From: Hyphomicrobiales bacterium
Lineage (GTDB): Bacteria > Pseudomonadota > Alphaproteobacteria > Rhizobiales > Aestuariivirgaceae
Assembly: GCA_016792865.1 (NCBI GenBank)
Contig: JAEUMJ010000045.1
Span: 3,960-67,959, forward strand
Reading direction: 5' to 3'
Length of the DNA stretch: 64,000 nucleotides
Shown here: positions 27,190 through 35,507 of the stretch, in pieces
Position numbering within the stretch: position 1 is the first letter of the stretch
Layout: each line of letters begins with the position of its first letter
Translations under genes and position numbers: made by a program
The notes under the pieces: model-generated
What the model saw: the letters and a program-made list of their open reading frames with translations, nothing else
What the model was told of the DNA's origin: nothing
Database searches by the model: none

Positions 27190-28100
27190 CAGAGCTTCAC
27201 CTTGAATATACGCATGAACAGTGTCGATGTGACGATCACGAGGATGAGCGTCAGCAGGGAAATGGTCGAGGCATAGGGGAAGTCGGCATTGCCGAAATAG
27301 ATGCGTCCGGCGTAGCTCGTCATGGTTTCCGTGGCCGTGCCGGGGCCGGAGTCCGTCATCACCTTCACGTAGTCGAAGGCGCGCATCAGGTCGATGCCGC
27401 GGATCAGCACCGCGATGGCGATCACCTTGCTCATCATCGGCAGGGTGAGCCTGAAGAAGGCCTGCACCGGCGTGGCGCCGTCGATGGCGGCGGCCTCGAA
27501 GGGTTCTTTCGGCAGGGAGCGCAGCCCTGCCAGCATGATCAGCACCATGAAGGGCGTCCACTGCCAGATTTCGGCGAGAAGAACACCGGCCATGGCGGTC
27601 GAGGAGTCGCCCAGGATGGGGAAACCCGGCGGAATGAAGCCCATCGCCACAAGCCCGCGCGCCAGCACGCCGAACGATCCGTTCAGCATGAGCAGGAACA
27701 TCATGGCGGTGACGGAGGGCGGGATCACCAGCGGCAGGGTCATCATGGCGCGGAGAAGTCCATAGCCCTTGCGGTCGGAATCGAGCAGCAGCGCAATCAG
27801 CATACCCAGCACAAGCTGGAAGAACAGCGCGATGCCGGTGTACATCAGGGTGTTGAACAGGGCATTCCAGACACGCTCGTCGAACAGCACCTTCGTCCAG
27901 TTGAAGTCCGGATCCCACACCAGCTTACGGGTGGCGGCGTTCTTCTTGTAGAGCGAGGTCTCGACCGCCTTGTACAGCGGATACAGGCCGAAAACGACCA
28001 TCAGGGCCGCAGCCGGGAAAAGCCAGGGAAACGGATGTTCACTCGTCAGCCAACGTGGCAACCACGGGCGTTTCACAACAGGCGCCTGCCCCACTCCCAT
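27189..28100 (-). CDS. Carbohydrate ABC transporter permease (CUT1)
   Basis: 303 aa. EAA loop FEAAAIDGATPVQAFFRLTLP. SD GGGAAGGAAA precedes the ATG. Confidence 0.85.
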   Translation of the reverse strand: MGVGQAPVVKRPWLPRWLTSEHPFPWLFPAAALMVVFGLYPLYKAVETSLYKKNAATRKLVWDPDFNWTKVLFDERVWNALFNTLMYTGIALFFQLVLGMLIALLLDSDRKGYGLLRAMMTLPLVIPPSVTAMMFLLMLNGSFGVLARGLVAMGFIPPGFPILGDSSTAMAGVLLAEIWQWTPFMVLIMLAGLRSLPKEPFEAAAIDGATPVQAFFRLTLPMMSKVIAIAVLIRGIDLMRAFDYVKVMTDSGPGTATETMTSYAGRIYFGNADFPYASTISLLTLILVIVTSTLFMRIFKVKL

Positions 28101-28261
28101 TTTCCTTCCCAGTGTTCTTGGGCCGGTTCGATGACCGGCCCTGAACTTTTGTAAATTTGAAATTACATTTGTATCCGGACACTAGAATCGTGCCCTCTCG
28201 CCTGTCAACACGCGCGGCGAAAGTCATCTCGCAGTGCAGCACGAGACGTGGTTGCAAGCGG

Positions 28262-29047
28262 TCAGAAGACCTTGGCTTTTTTCTTCTTGTCCTTGTCAGG
28301 TCTTGCCTTGTCGGGCCTTGCCCTGGCGTCGTCGTTCTCGTCGTCACGCTTCACCGGCATCATGACCGCGAGCTGCGCGGGATCGACGCCCTGCAAGTCC
28401 TTGGCCTGCTTGCCGTAGCTCTTGAAGCGCTTCAGCACGCTGGCCATCTGGCCGTCATCCAGAAGCACCGGCTTTCCTGCCAGCAGGGCGGCCCAGTACT
28501 GGTGGCAGTTGGTTTCAATCTCGCCAGCGAGCCACAGCGCCTTTTCCAGGTTGGGGCCGAAGCAGATCTGGCCGTGGTTGGCGAGCAGGCAGGCGTTGCG
28601 GCCCTCCATCGCCTTCAGCATCACGGTCGAGAGTTCCGGCGTGCCGAATTCCGCATAGTCGGAGCAGCGCAGGCTCGGCCCGCCCGTCACGCCGATCATG
28701 TAGTGAAAGGCCGGCACGTCCTTGCGCAGGCACGCCAGCGTCGTGGCATAGGTGGAATGGGTATGCACGATGGCGTTGGCCTCAGGCCGGTTCCTGAAGA
28801 TGTCGAGATGCATGCGCCATTCGGTGGACGGCAGGAAGTCGCCGCGATACCCCCCGTCGAGATCCATTTCGACCACATGATGCGGTTTCATCTTCTTGTA
28901 GGGAATGCCCGACGCCGTGATGAGAAAGCCCTCCTCGGTGCGCACGCTCACATTGCCGGAGGTGCCCTGATTGATTCCCTGCTCGTTCATGGCAAGGCAG
29001 GTTTCGATCACCTGCTTGCGCAGGTCCTTGTATTTGAGCTTGCTCAT
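28262..29047 (-). CDS. Class II aldolase / adducin-family protein (FucA/AraD fold) with Lys-rich C-terminal tail
   Basis: Starts MSKLKYKDLRKQVIETC. Motifs GTSGNVSVR, HTHSTYAT and NHGQICFG. The tail is ...ARPDKARPDKDKKKKAKVF. Confidence 0.8.
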   Translation of the reverse strand: MSKLKYKDLRKQVIETCLAMNEQGINQGTSGNVSVRTEEGFLITASGIPYKKMKPHHVVEMDLDGGYRGDFLPSTEWRMHLDIFRNRPEANAIVHTHSTYATTLACLRKDVPAFHYMIGVTGGPSLRCSDYAEFGTPELSTVMLKAMEGRNACLLANHGQICFGPNLEKALWLAGEIETNCHQYWAALLAGKPVLLDDGQMASVLKRFKSYGKQAKDLQGVDPAQLAVMMPVKRDDENDDARARPDKARPDKDKKKKAKVF

Positions 29048-29138
29048 GGAAATCTCCCTGTCTTCGCCATTGTCTGCGGCATTGCTATCAGCGCGGTCGC
29101 CGTTGCGTCCAGAGCCAGTGTCTGCATAAGTTGCCTGC

Positions 29139-30560
29139 ATGCGCAAACAAGAACAACACGACTCCCCGCGCGGCATTGCCGTTGTCGATGTAGGCTACAC
29201 CAATTCAAAGGTCATCCTGTATGATTCATCGCTCAGGGTGGTGAGCGAACGGAAACGCACGAGTCCGCATCACCAGGGCTCGCACTACCGCGAGATCGAC
29301 ACGGGGCCGATCATCGCCTTTGCGGCAGGGGCGTTGCGCGAACTCGACCGCATCCTTCCCATCGACAGGATCGTGACATCGGCGCACGGCGCCTGCGTGG
29401 TGTGTCTCGGCGCCGACGGCACGCCCGCGGTTCCGGTGATGGATTACATGTCCGAACCGCCGCCCGCCATCGAAGCCGCCTATCATGCCGCCATGCCGGG
29501 CTATGAGGAAAGCTATTCGCCTCCGCTGCCCATGGCGCTGCTCCACGGCATGCAGCTTTTCTGGCAGCAGAAGGTGCTGACGGACGCCTTTGCCCGGACA
29601 ACCGTGATCCTCCCGCTCATGCAATATGTGGGCTTTGCGCTGGGCGGTCGCGCCGTCACCGAGGTATCGTCCATGTCGTGCCAGTCCCATCTTGTGGACA
29701 TGCGCACGGGCGGGCCGTCGAGCCTTGCCCGCACCTTGGGCTGGGACAGGCTCTATGCCCCCATCGCGAAAGCCTGGGAGGTGATCGGCACCCTTTCCCC
29801 CGACCTTCGCGGCGAGGCGTTCCGGGGGCGCGGCGAGATCCTTGCGGGCGTGCATGACTCGAACGCCAACCTGTTGCGTTATCTGGCCGGCGGGCGCGAG
29901 CACTTCACGCTGCTCTCGACCGGAACCTGGATCATCGGTTTCGACACCGATGCCGACATCACGAAGCTGAACCCGGCGCGCGACATCGTGGCCAACAAGA
30001 ATGTCTTCGGCAGGACCGTCGCGAGCTGCCGCTTTTTCGGCGGCAAGGAATTCGAGCTGGTGTCGCAGGGAGCCGCTGCCGTGCCATCCCTGGAACTGGC
30101 ACGCGAGATGATCGCGGCGGATGTGATGGCCCTTCCCTCCTTCAGCGATTCCGGCGGGCCGATGCCGGGCACCGGGCTGAAGGGCAGGATCACCGGGCCG
30201 TTCCGCGAATCGCCGGAAGCGCGGGTGACCATCGCCGCCCTCTATTGCGCCCTGATGGTGGCAGAGTCCCTCGATGCCATCGCCTCGGCCCACGAGGTGA
30301 TCGTCGATGGTCCCTTCTCGCAGAACGAGGTGTTCCTTGCCGTTCTTGCGGCCCTTCGACCCGGCCAGCAGGTGCTGGCCTCGGAGGAGCGGGATGGCAC
30401 GGCTGCCGGTGCGGCCTGCCTGGCGCTCATGCCCGACGGCCGCTTGCCCCACATCGAGATCTCCATGCGACAGCCGGGACGTGCCGAGCTTCCGGGATTG
30501 GCCGGATATCAGGAGCGCTGGCGGCAGCGGGCCGGCAGCGACAACTCCCGGCCTGCATGA
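29139..30560 (+). CDS. FGGY-like carbohydrate kinase (fuculokinase / rhamnulokinase-like, divergent)
   Basis: 473 aa. GIAVVDVGYTNSKVILYD, GVHDSNANLL and LSTGTWIIG motifs. Divergent from the aldolase-fold gene. Confidence 0.75.
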   Translation: MRKQEQHDSPRGIAVVDVGYTNSKVILYDSSLRVVSERKRTSPHHQGSHYREIDTGPIIAFAAGALRELDRILPIDRIVTSAHGACVVCLGADGTPAVPVMDYMSEPPPAIEAAYHAAMPGYEESYSPPLPMALLHGMQLFWQQKVLTDAFARTTVILPLMQYVGFALGGRAVTEVSSMSCQSHLVDMRTGGPSSLARTLGWDRLYAPIAKAWEVIGTLSPDLRGEAFRGRGEILAGVHDSNANLLRYLAGGREHFTLLSTGTWIIGFDTDADITKLNPARDIVANKNVFGRTVASCRFFGGKEFELVSQGAAAVPSLELAREMIAADVMALPSFSDSGGPMPGTGLKGRITGPFRESPEARVTIAALYCALMVAESLDAIASAHEVIVDGPFSQNEVFLAVLAALRPGQQVLASEERDGTAAGAACLALMPDGRLPHIEISMRQPGRAELPGLAGYQERWRQRAGSDNSRPA

Positions 30561-30618
30561 CCCTGCGCAGCCTGAACCTGCGCGGCCAGACCCTGCGCGG
30601 CCTGAACCTGCGCGACAT
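30559..30618. repeat. Four tandem copies of a 15-bp unit (GAMCCTGCGCRGCCW)
   Basis: gaccctgcgcagcct / gaacctgcgcggcca / gaccctgcgcggcct / gaacctgcgcgacat, beginning at the stop of the FGGY gene. Confidence 0.85.
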
Positions 30619-30688
30619 GCCTTAACCCCTTCGCAATGAACTGGGCGCACACTCCTGTGGTGTATGGGTTTGTGTATGGGGGTGCGTC

Positions 30689-31090
30689 ATGGCCTTCGAT
30701 AGCGTCTGCGGCGTGGAAATCGTCTCCTGCCCGCCCATGACTGCGGGCGGCCTGGCGGTTACGATCCGGACCCGCGGCAACATACCCGTCCTCGTCGGCC
30801 CCTCCTGCATGTTCGAGCTGACCCCGGGCGACATTCGCGAAAGCTGGGAAACCGCCTGCAGCCTGCGGGCCGAAGTGGCGGGAGCCATGGTGGCCGAACT
30901 CGCCCATCGCCTGTGCGGCGAACTCGCCGACTGCGAAGGCGAGGAAGGTCATCTCGCCAGCGAAGCCGCTGCCTGCCTTTTCCTTGCCATCCGACACCGC
31001 AACCTGCCGCTTGAGGACACGTTGCGCGGCTGCCGCATCACCTTCGACGACCGTCGCCGCGCCGAGATGGTGGAACGCCTGCCCGGCTGA
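30689..31090 (+). CDS. Hypothetical Cys-rich protein (133 aa)
   Basis: Strong third-position G/C bias in this frame, against the antisense ORF 30509..30997. GGGGG lies 7 nt upstream of the ATG. I recognise no family. Confidence 0.5.
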   Translation: MAFDSVCGVEIVSCPPMTAGGLAVTIRTRGNIPVLVGPSCMFELTPGDIRESWETACSLRAEVAGAMVAELAHRLCGELADCEGEEGHLASEAAACLFLAIRHRNLPLEDTLRGCRITFDDRRRAEMVERLPG

Positions 31091-31137
31091 CGAGTGGTCT
31101 GGACCGGCTTGCCCTGGCCGTGATCTAATCCGCGGCC

Positions 31138-31587
31138 ATGATGGCTTCCTCCGACGACACGCCGCTGTCCGGCGCCGATTATGGCCGCACCCTGAAGGGC
31201 GTGGGCTTCAACCTCATTGTGAATGACGTCACCAGGGCCGTTCACTTCGCCACCGAAGTGCTTGGGGCCACGGTTTTTTTCCGCACCGACGTGTTTGCGG
31301 CCATGCGCCTCGGCGGGTTTGATTTCATGTACCATGTTCCGGCCAGCTATCGCGGCAACGAACTGCATGCCACGCTGGCCGGCGATGCCCCGCGCGGCGT
31401 CGGGGTGGAACTGCGGTGCTACCATGTCGATCCCGACGAGGCCGAAGCGAAGGCCCGTGCGCTCGGCTACACGGTTCTTGCAGGCTCCCTCGACAAGCCC
31501 CATGGCTTGCGCGAGTGCATGCTTCTCGACGATGATGGCTTTGTGTGGATACCCTCACGCCATCTTCCGAAGGAAACGAAAGCCTGA
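31138..31587 (+). CDS. VOC (glyoxalase / bleomycin resistance / dioxygenase) family protein
   Basis: 149 aa. LKGVGFNLIVNDVTRAVHFATEVLGA...LRECMLLDDDGFVWI is typical of the VOC fold. Confidence 0.75.
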   Translation: MMASSDDTPLSGADYGRTLKGVGFNLIVNDVTRAVHFATEVLGATVFFRTDVFAAMRLGGFDFMYHVPASYRGNELHATLAGDAPRGVGVELRCYHVDPDEAEAKARALGYTVLAGSLDKPHGLRECMLLDDDGFVWIPSRHLPKETKA

Positions 31588-32193
31588 ATGCCCATCCTTG
31601 ACCTGCCCAACGGATATTACGAGTTGCCGCCGGGCAAGCTCGCCAACGTCGTCACCTGTCTTGAAATGAAGGCGAAGCCGCACCGTGCGCTCCAGCCGTT
31701 CCCGGCAGGGCTGCGCCTCAAGCGCTTTGCGCCGGGCGACCTTGAAGGCCACCGCGCCCTTTTCCGCGCTGTCGGCAGCGACCTCATGTGGTTCTCGCGC
31801 CTGATCATGAAGGATGAGGAGCTTGCCGCCATCATCGCCAATCCGGCGGTCGAGTCCTACGCCCTGATGCAGGGCAGCGACACGCTGGGCATGCTGGAAC
31901 TGAATTTCAGCGATCTGCCCAACTGCGAACTGGCATTCTACGGTCTTGTGCCGGAGGCCATCGGTCAGGGCTTTGGCCGCGCCCTCATGGATGAAGCGAT
32001 CCGCCGCGCCTGGGCGAAGCCGATCAACCGCTTCTGGGTGCACACCTGCACCTTCGATTCCCCGCTGGCCCTGCCCTTCTACATCCGTTCGGGCTTCACG
32101 CCCTATTTGCGCATGGTGGAGGTGCACGACGACCCGCGCCTTCTGGGCAAGCTTGCCAGGGAGGCAAGCCCGCAGGTGCCGGTGCTGGAGTAA
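31588..32193 (+). CDS. GNAT family N-acetyltransferase
   Basis: 201 aa. Acetyl-CoA motif VPEAIGQGFGRALMDEAI. Starts immediately after the VOC stop (TGAATG). Confidence 0.75.
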   Translation: MPILDLPNGYYELPPGKLANVVTCLEMKAKPHRALQPFPAGLRLKRFAPGDLEGHRALFRAVGSDLMWFSRLIMKDEELAAIIANPAVESYALMQGSDTLGMLELNFSDLPNCELAFYGLVPEAIGQGFGRALMDEAIRRAWAKPINRFWVHTCTFDSPLALPFYIRSGFTPYLRMVEVHDDPRLLGKLAREASPQVPVLE

Positions 32194-32200
32194 GGCGAAA

Positions 32201-32224
32201 CGTCCCTCCGCTCGAGGAGGGACG
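32201..32224. terminator. Bidirectional terminator-like hairpin between convergent GNAT and helicase genes
   Basis: Perfect 9-bp stem CGTCCCTCC/GGAGGGACG with a 6-nt loop. Flanked by GCGAAA on one side and GTCGTCGTTTCTTG on the other. Confidence 0.55.
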
Positions 32225-32238
32225 GTCGTCGTTTCTTG

Positions 32239-34056
32239 TTAGGGCGTGTTGCCGCGGCCGATGGCCTTCATCCAGTTGCCGCCGGACGAGGGCTGCTGGC
32301 CTGCATGTGCCGGTGCAGGCTTGCCGCCCTTGAAGGACCGGCGTTGCGGCCGGCCACCCTGCTTGGCATCGCCCTGATTCCGGTCGTGAGAACGCTCACC
32401 CGAACGCTCACCATGGGGACGATCCGCATACGGACGATCTCCATGCTTGCGCTCGCCGTGTGGGCGGTCGGCGTGCTTGCGCTCGCCGTGCGGGCGGTCG
32501 GCGTGCTTGCGCTCGCCGTGCGGGCGGGCACCATGCTTGCGCTCACCCTGCCTGGAGTCACCGTTCCCGGTCTCGCGATGGGCCCGGTCATGCGGCTTGC
32601 GATCGGCAGGCGAACGCTCGGCATGGGGACGCTCGTGACGCTGGCGCTCGGTCCGCTCCTGCGTCAGCGGGGCCGCTTCGGCACGGGCGGCAAACTGTGA
32701 CTGGTTGATGGGCTCGGTCGGCATCCATTCGCGCTTGCCTTCGCCGTGGTGGGGCTTGCGCGGCGCACCGTGCGGCCCAGCGCGGCGTTCACCACGCTGT
32801 TCGCCACCTTGGCCGCGATGCGGCTTCTTCGCCGCTTTCGGCATGTGCCGGCCTCCGCCGGACTTGCGCGGCTTGTCACCCATGGGCGACCAGCCGTGAC
32901 CGGGGGCCAGTTCGGCAGCACCCTGAATGCCAAGCTCATGCTCCTGCACCGGAACCGGCTGGCGGATGGTGCGCTCGATATCGCGCAATAGGCCACGCTC
33001 CTCCGGCGTGCAGAAGGCGATCGCCTCACCCGCGGCACCGGCCCGCGCCGTGCGTCCGATGCGGTGGACATAGGATTCCGGCACGAAGGGCAGGTCGTAG
33101 TTGAAGACGTGCGAGACGCCGTCCACGTCGATGCCGCGCGCGGCGATATCGGTTGCAACCAGCGCCACCACCTTGCCGTTCTTGAACCCGGCAAGGGCGC
33201 GTTCGCGGTTGTTCTGGCTCTTGTTGCCGTGAATGGCGGCGGATTCGATGCCATCCTTGGACAGGGACTTCACGACCTTGTCGGCACCATGCTTGGTGCG
33301 TGTGAAGACAAGGGCGCGGGTGATCTGCGGATTGGCGAGAAGGGCGGTCAGCAGCTTCACCTTGTTGCCCGGTTCCACGTGGATGACCGACTGGGTGACG
33401 CGCTCTGCCGTGGTGGCGACGGGGGTGATTTCCACCCGCGCCGGATCGGACAGGAGATTGGCGGCAAGACCCGCGATCTCCTTCGGCATGGTGGCCGAGA
33501 AGAACAGGTTCTGACGCTTCTTCGGCAGCAGCCCGGTGATCTTGCGGATGGCATGGATGAAGCCCAGGTCGAGCATCTGGTCCACTTCATCGAGCACGAA
33601 GATTTCCACCTTCGAGAGCGAGAGGGCCTTGCGCTCGATCAGGTCAACGAGGCGGCCGGGGGTTGCCACCATGATGTCCACGCCATTGCGGGCAGCGTCG
33701 ATCTGGCGGCCAATGCCCACGCCACCGAACACCACCGTGCGCGAAAGCTTGAGATTCTTGCCGTAGACCTTGAAGCTGTCGAGGATCTGGCTGGAGAGCT
33801 CGCGGGTCGGCGCAAGGATGAGGGCACGGCAGGTGCCGCGCTCGGGCTTGCGGTTTTCACGCGAGAGGATTTCGAGAATGGGAAGCGCGAAGGCAGCGGT
33901 CTTGCCGGTGCCGGTCTGGGCAATGCCCAGGAGGTCGCGGCCCGCAAGAAGATGGGGAATCGACTGCGCCTGGATGGGTGTTGGGGCCTCGTAGCCTTCC
34001 GCCTTCACAGCCTTGAGGATGGGGGCGGACAGGTTGAGGGAATCAAATGTTGTCAA
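32239..34056 (-). CDS. rhlE: DEAD-box ATP-dependent RNA helicase (RhlE-like) with repetitive basic C-terminal extension
   Basis: Q-motif region, AQTGTGKTAAF, motif II reading DEVD, SAT, HRIGRTARAG. I propose a TTG start at 34056 (LTTFDSLNL...); TTG at 34071 is also possible. No ATG lies near the conserved N-terminus. Confidence 0.85.
   Translation of the reverse strand: MTTFDSLNLSAPILKAVKAEGYEAPTPIQAQSIPHLLAGRDLLGIAQTGTGKTAAFALPILEILSRENRKPERGTCRALILAPTRELSSQILDSFKVYGKNLKLSRTVVFGGVGIGRQIDAARNGVDIMVATPGRLVDLIERKALSLSKVEIFVLDEVDQMLDLGFIHAIRKITGLLPKKRQNLFFSATMPKEIAGLAANLLSDPARVEITPVATTAERVTQSVIHVEPGNKVKLLTALLANPQITRALVFTRTKHGADKVVKSLSKDGIESAAIHGNKSQNNRERALAGFKNGKVVALVATDIAARGIDVDGVSHVFNYDLPFVPESYVHRIGRTARAGAAGEAIAFCTPEERGLLRDIERTIRQPVPVQEHELGIQGAAELAPGHGWSPMGDKPRKSGGGRHMPKAAKKPHRGQGGEQRGERRAGPHGAPRKPHHGEGKREWMPTEPINQSQFAARAEAAPLTQERTERQRHERPHAERSPADRKPHDRAHRETGNGDSRQGERKHGARPHGERKHADRPHGERKHADRPHGERKHGDRPYADRPHGERSGERSHDRNQGDAKQGGRPQRRSFKGGKPAPAHAGQQPSSGGNWMKAIGRGNTP
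32444..32550. repeat. About 3.5 tandem copies of a 30-bp unit inside the helicase 3' end
   Basis: tgcttgcgctcgccgtg(t/c)gggcggtcggcg repeated at 32444, 32474 and 32504, with a partial copy at 32534. It encodes HGERKHADRP decapeptide repeats. Confidence 0.85.
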
Positions 34057-34237
34057 AACAGGGTCTTTCAATAACCGGAAGCAAAAGGGGACTGAGCGCG
34101 CCGCTGCATCCGGGCACGGGCACGCTCGCGACAGTCCCACGTGAAAGGAGTGTTGGTGAAATCCTGCAGGGCCGAACGGCAGCTTGGAAAGCGCCTCACG
34201 TCATTCTGATAATGGCCGCAATGAAGCAGGTGGCCCG

Positions 34238-34266
34238 CATATGGATGCTGCGCCGCAAAAAGTCAA
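34238..34266 (-). promoter_or_regulatory. Candidate sigma70-type promoter for the helicase gene
   Basis: The minus strand reads TTGACT-N17-CATATG. This would give a 5' UTR of roughly 170 nt. Pattern match only. Confidence 0.25.
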
Positions 34267-34306
34267 ATGAATACTTGGGGCTTGAGCGGCGGCGTCCGCG
34301 GGGGTT

Positions 34307-34969
34307 TCAGGAGAACGCCGCAATCAGCTCCGGCAACCTCGCCATGTCGTCGAACACCGCCGTCGCACCGAGTTCCACCAGCTTGAGCGCGTGCTCGCTG
34401 CGATGGACCTGCGAGCCGGTGAAGCCGAAGGTGATGCAGCCCGCCGCAACCGCTGCGACAACGCCCGTGACGCTGTCCTCGACAACCGCGCATTCACCCG
34501 GCGCGAATCCGGCCCGCCGCGCCGCAAGAAGATAGATGTCGGGTGCAGGCTTGCCGTTCGTCACGTCCTCGAAGGTCGTCATGCGGTCGCCGAAATGCTG
34601 CCTGATGCCGACAATTTCCAGGGCCTGCAGGGCGCGGGCGCGCGGGCCGTTGGTGCCGATGCTCTTCGGCAGGCCGATGAGCGGAAGCACTTCGCGAACA
34701 CCGGCGATGGGTTTCAGCTGCTTGCGGTAGATGTCCAGCATCAGCACGTCCTTGCGCGCCTCCAGGTCAGCGGGCAGCGCGTGGCCGCACTGGGCCTCGA
34801 CCTCGCTCACCATGGCGGCAAAGGTCTTGCCCACGAAACGCCGGTGCATCTCGCCTTCCGAGATGTGCACGCCGTTCTCGGCCAGCAACATGCGATCGAC
34901 CTCCATCGAGATTTCCTCGCTGTCGATCAGCACGCCGTCGCAATCAAAGATGACGTGATGGATGCTCAT
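34307..34969 (-). CDS. HAD family hydrolase (subfamily IA, phosphatase / beta-phosphoglucomutase-like)
   Basis: MSIHHVIFDCDGVLIDSE (DxDG motif I), GTNGPR, VEDSVTGVVAAVAAG. Confidence 0.8.
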   Translation of the reverse strand: MSIHHVIFDCDGVLIDSEEISMEVDRMLLAENGVHISEGEMHRRFVGKTFAAMVSEVEAQCGHALPADLEARKDVLMLDIYRKQLKPIAGVREVLPLIGLPKSIGTNGPRARALQALEIVGIRQHFGDRMTTFEDVTNGKPAPDIYLLAARRAGFAPGECAVVEDSVTGVVAAVAAGCITFGFTGSQVHRSEHALKLVELGATAVFDDMARLPELIAAFS

Positions 34970-35469
34970 TTGCCGAGATGCCTGAGCGCCTTGATGACTT
35001 CGACGTAAACGTCCTTCTTGAACGGCACGACAAGATCGAGCACCTCATCCATCGTCGCCCACTTCCACAGGTCGAACTCCTGCTTGTGGCCCGGCGGCTT
35101 CAGGTTGATTTCGCTGTCTTCACCCAGGAAGCGGCAGGCAAACCACTTCTGCTTCTGGCCGCGATACTTGCCGTTCCAGCTCTTGCCGATCAGGTTTTCG
35201 GGCAGGTCGTAGGTGAACCAGCCCGGCGCTTCCGCAATCACCTCGGCGGAGGTCACGTTGGTTTCCTCGGCCAGTTCACGCAGCGCAGTCTGGGCCGCGT
35301 CCTCGCCGTCGTCGATGCCGCCTTGCGGCATCTGCCACCACTTGCCCACGCCGTCGTCGTTCTGTTTCTCGAAACGGCGGCCGATCCATACCAGCCCGTC
35401 CTTGTTGATCAACATCACGCCCACGCAGGGGCGATAGGCCGTGATTTCAGAGGCCCTGTTCTTTGCCAT
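34966..35469 (-). CDS. rppH: RNA pyrophosphohydrolase (Nudix)
   Basis: 167 aa. Nudix box GGIDDGEDAAQTALRELAEETN. WQMPQGG and KQKWF are characteristic of RppH. 4-nt overlap with the downstream HAD gene. Confidence 0.85.
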   Translation of the reverse strand: MAKNRASEITAYRPCVGVMLINKDGLVWIGRRFEKQNDDGVGKWWQMPQGGIDDGEDAAQTALRELAEETNVTSAEVIAEAPGWFTYDLPENLIGKSWNGKYRGQKQKWFACRFLGEDSEINLKPPGHKQEFDLWKWATMDEVLDLVVPFKKDVYVEVIKALRHLGK

Positions 35470-35507
35470 GACAGTTCAAATCCGTCTTATTCCAGTATTA
35501 GCCAGTG

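Noticed and set aside
30245-30625. 126-aa plus-strand ORF ending in pentapeptide-like repeats, considered as a gene.
   Set aside because: It overlaps the well-supported FGGY kinase for most of its length in another frame. Only the final roughly 20 residues, the 15-bp repeats, look meaningful, so I treat it as a repeat or remnant rather than a CDS.
32236-32708. Regularly spaced 30-bp repeats that could be mistaken for a small CRISPR-like array, together with plus-strand ORFs 32236..32700 and 32460..32708.
   Set aside because: The units are directly tandem with no unique spacers. They are in frame within the helicase C-terminal tail, so this is a coding minisatellite and not a CRISPR array. 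The plus-strand ORFs are antisense artefacts.
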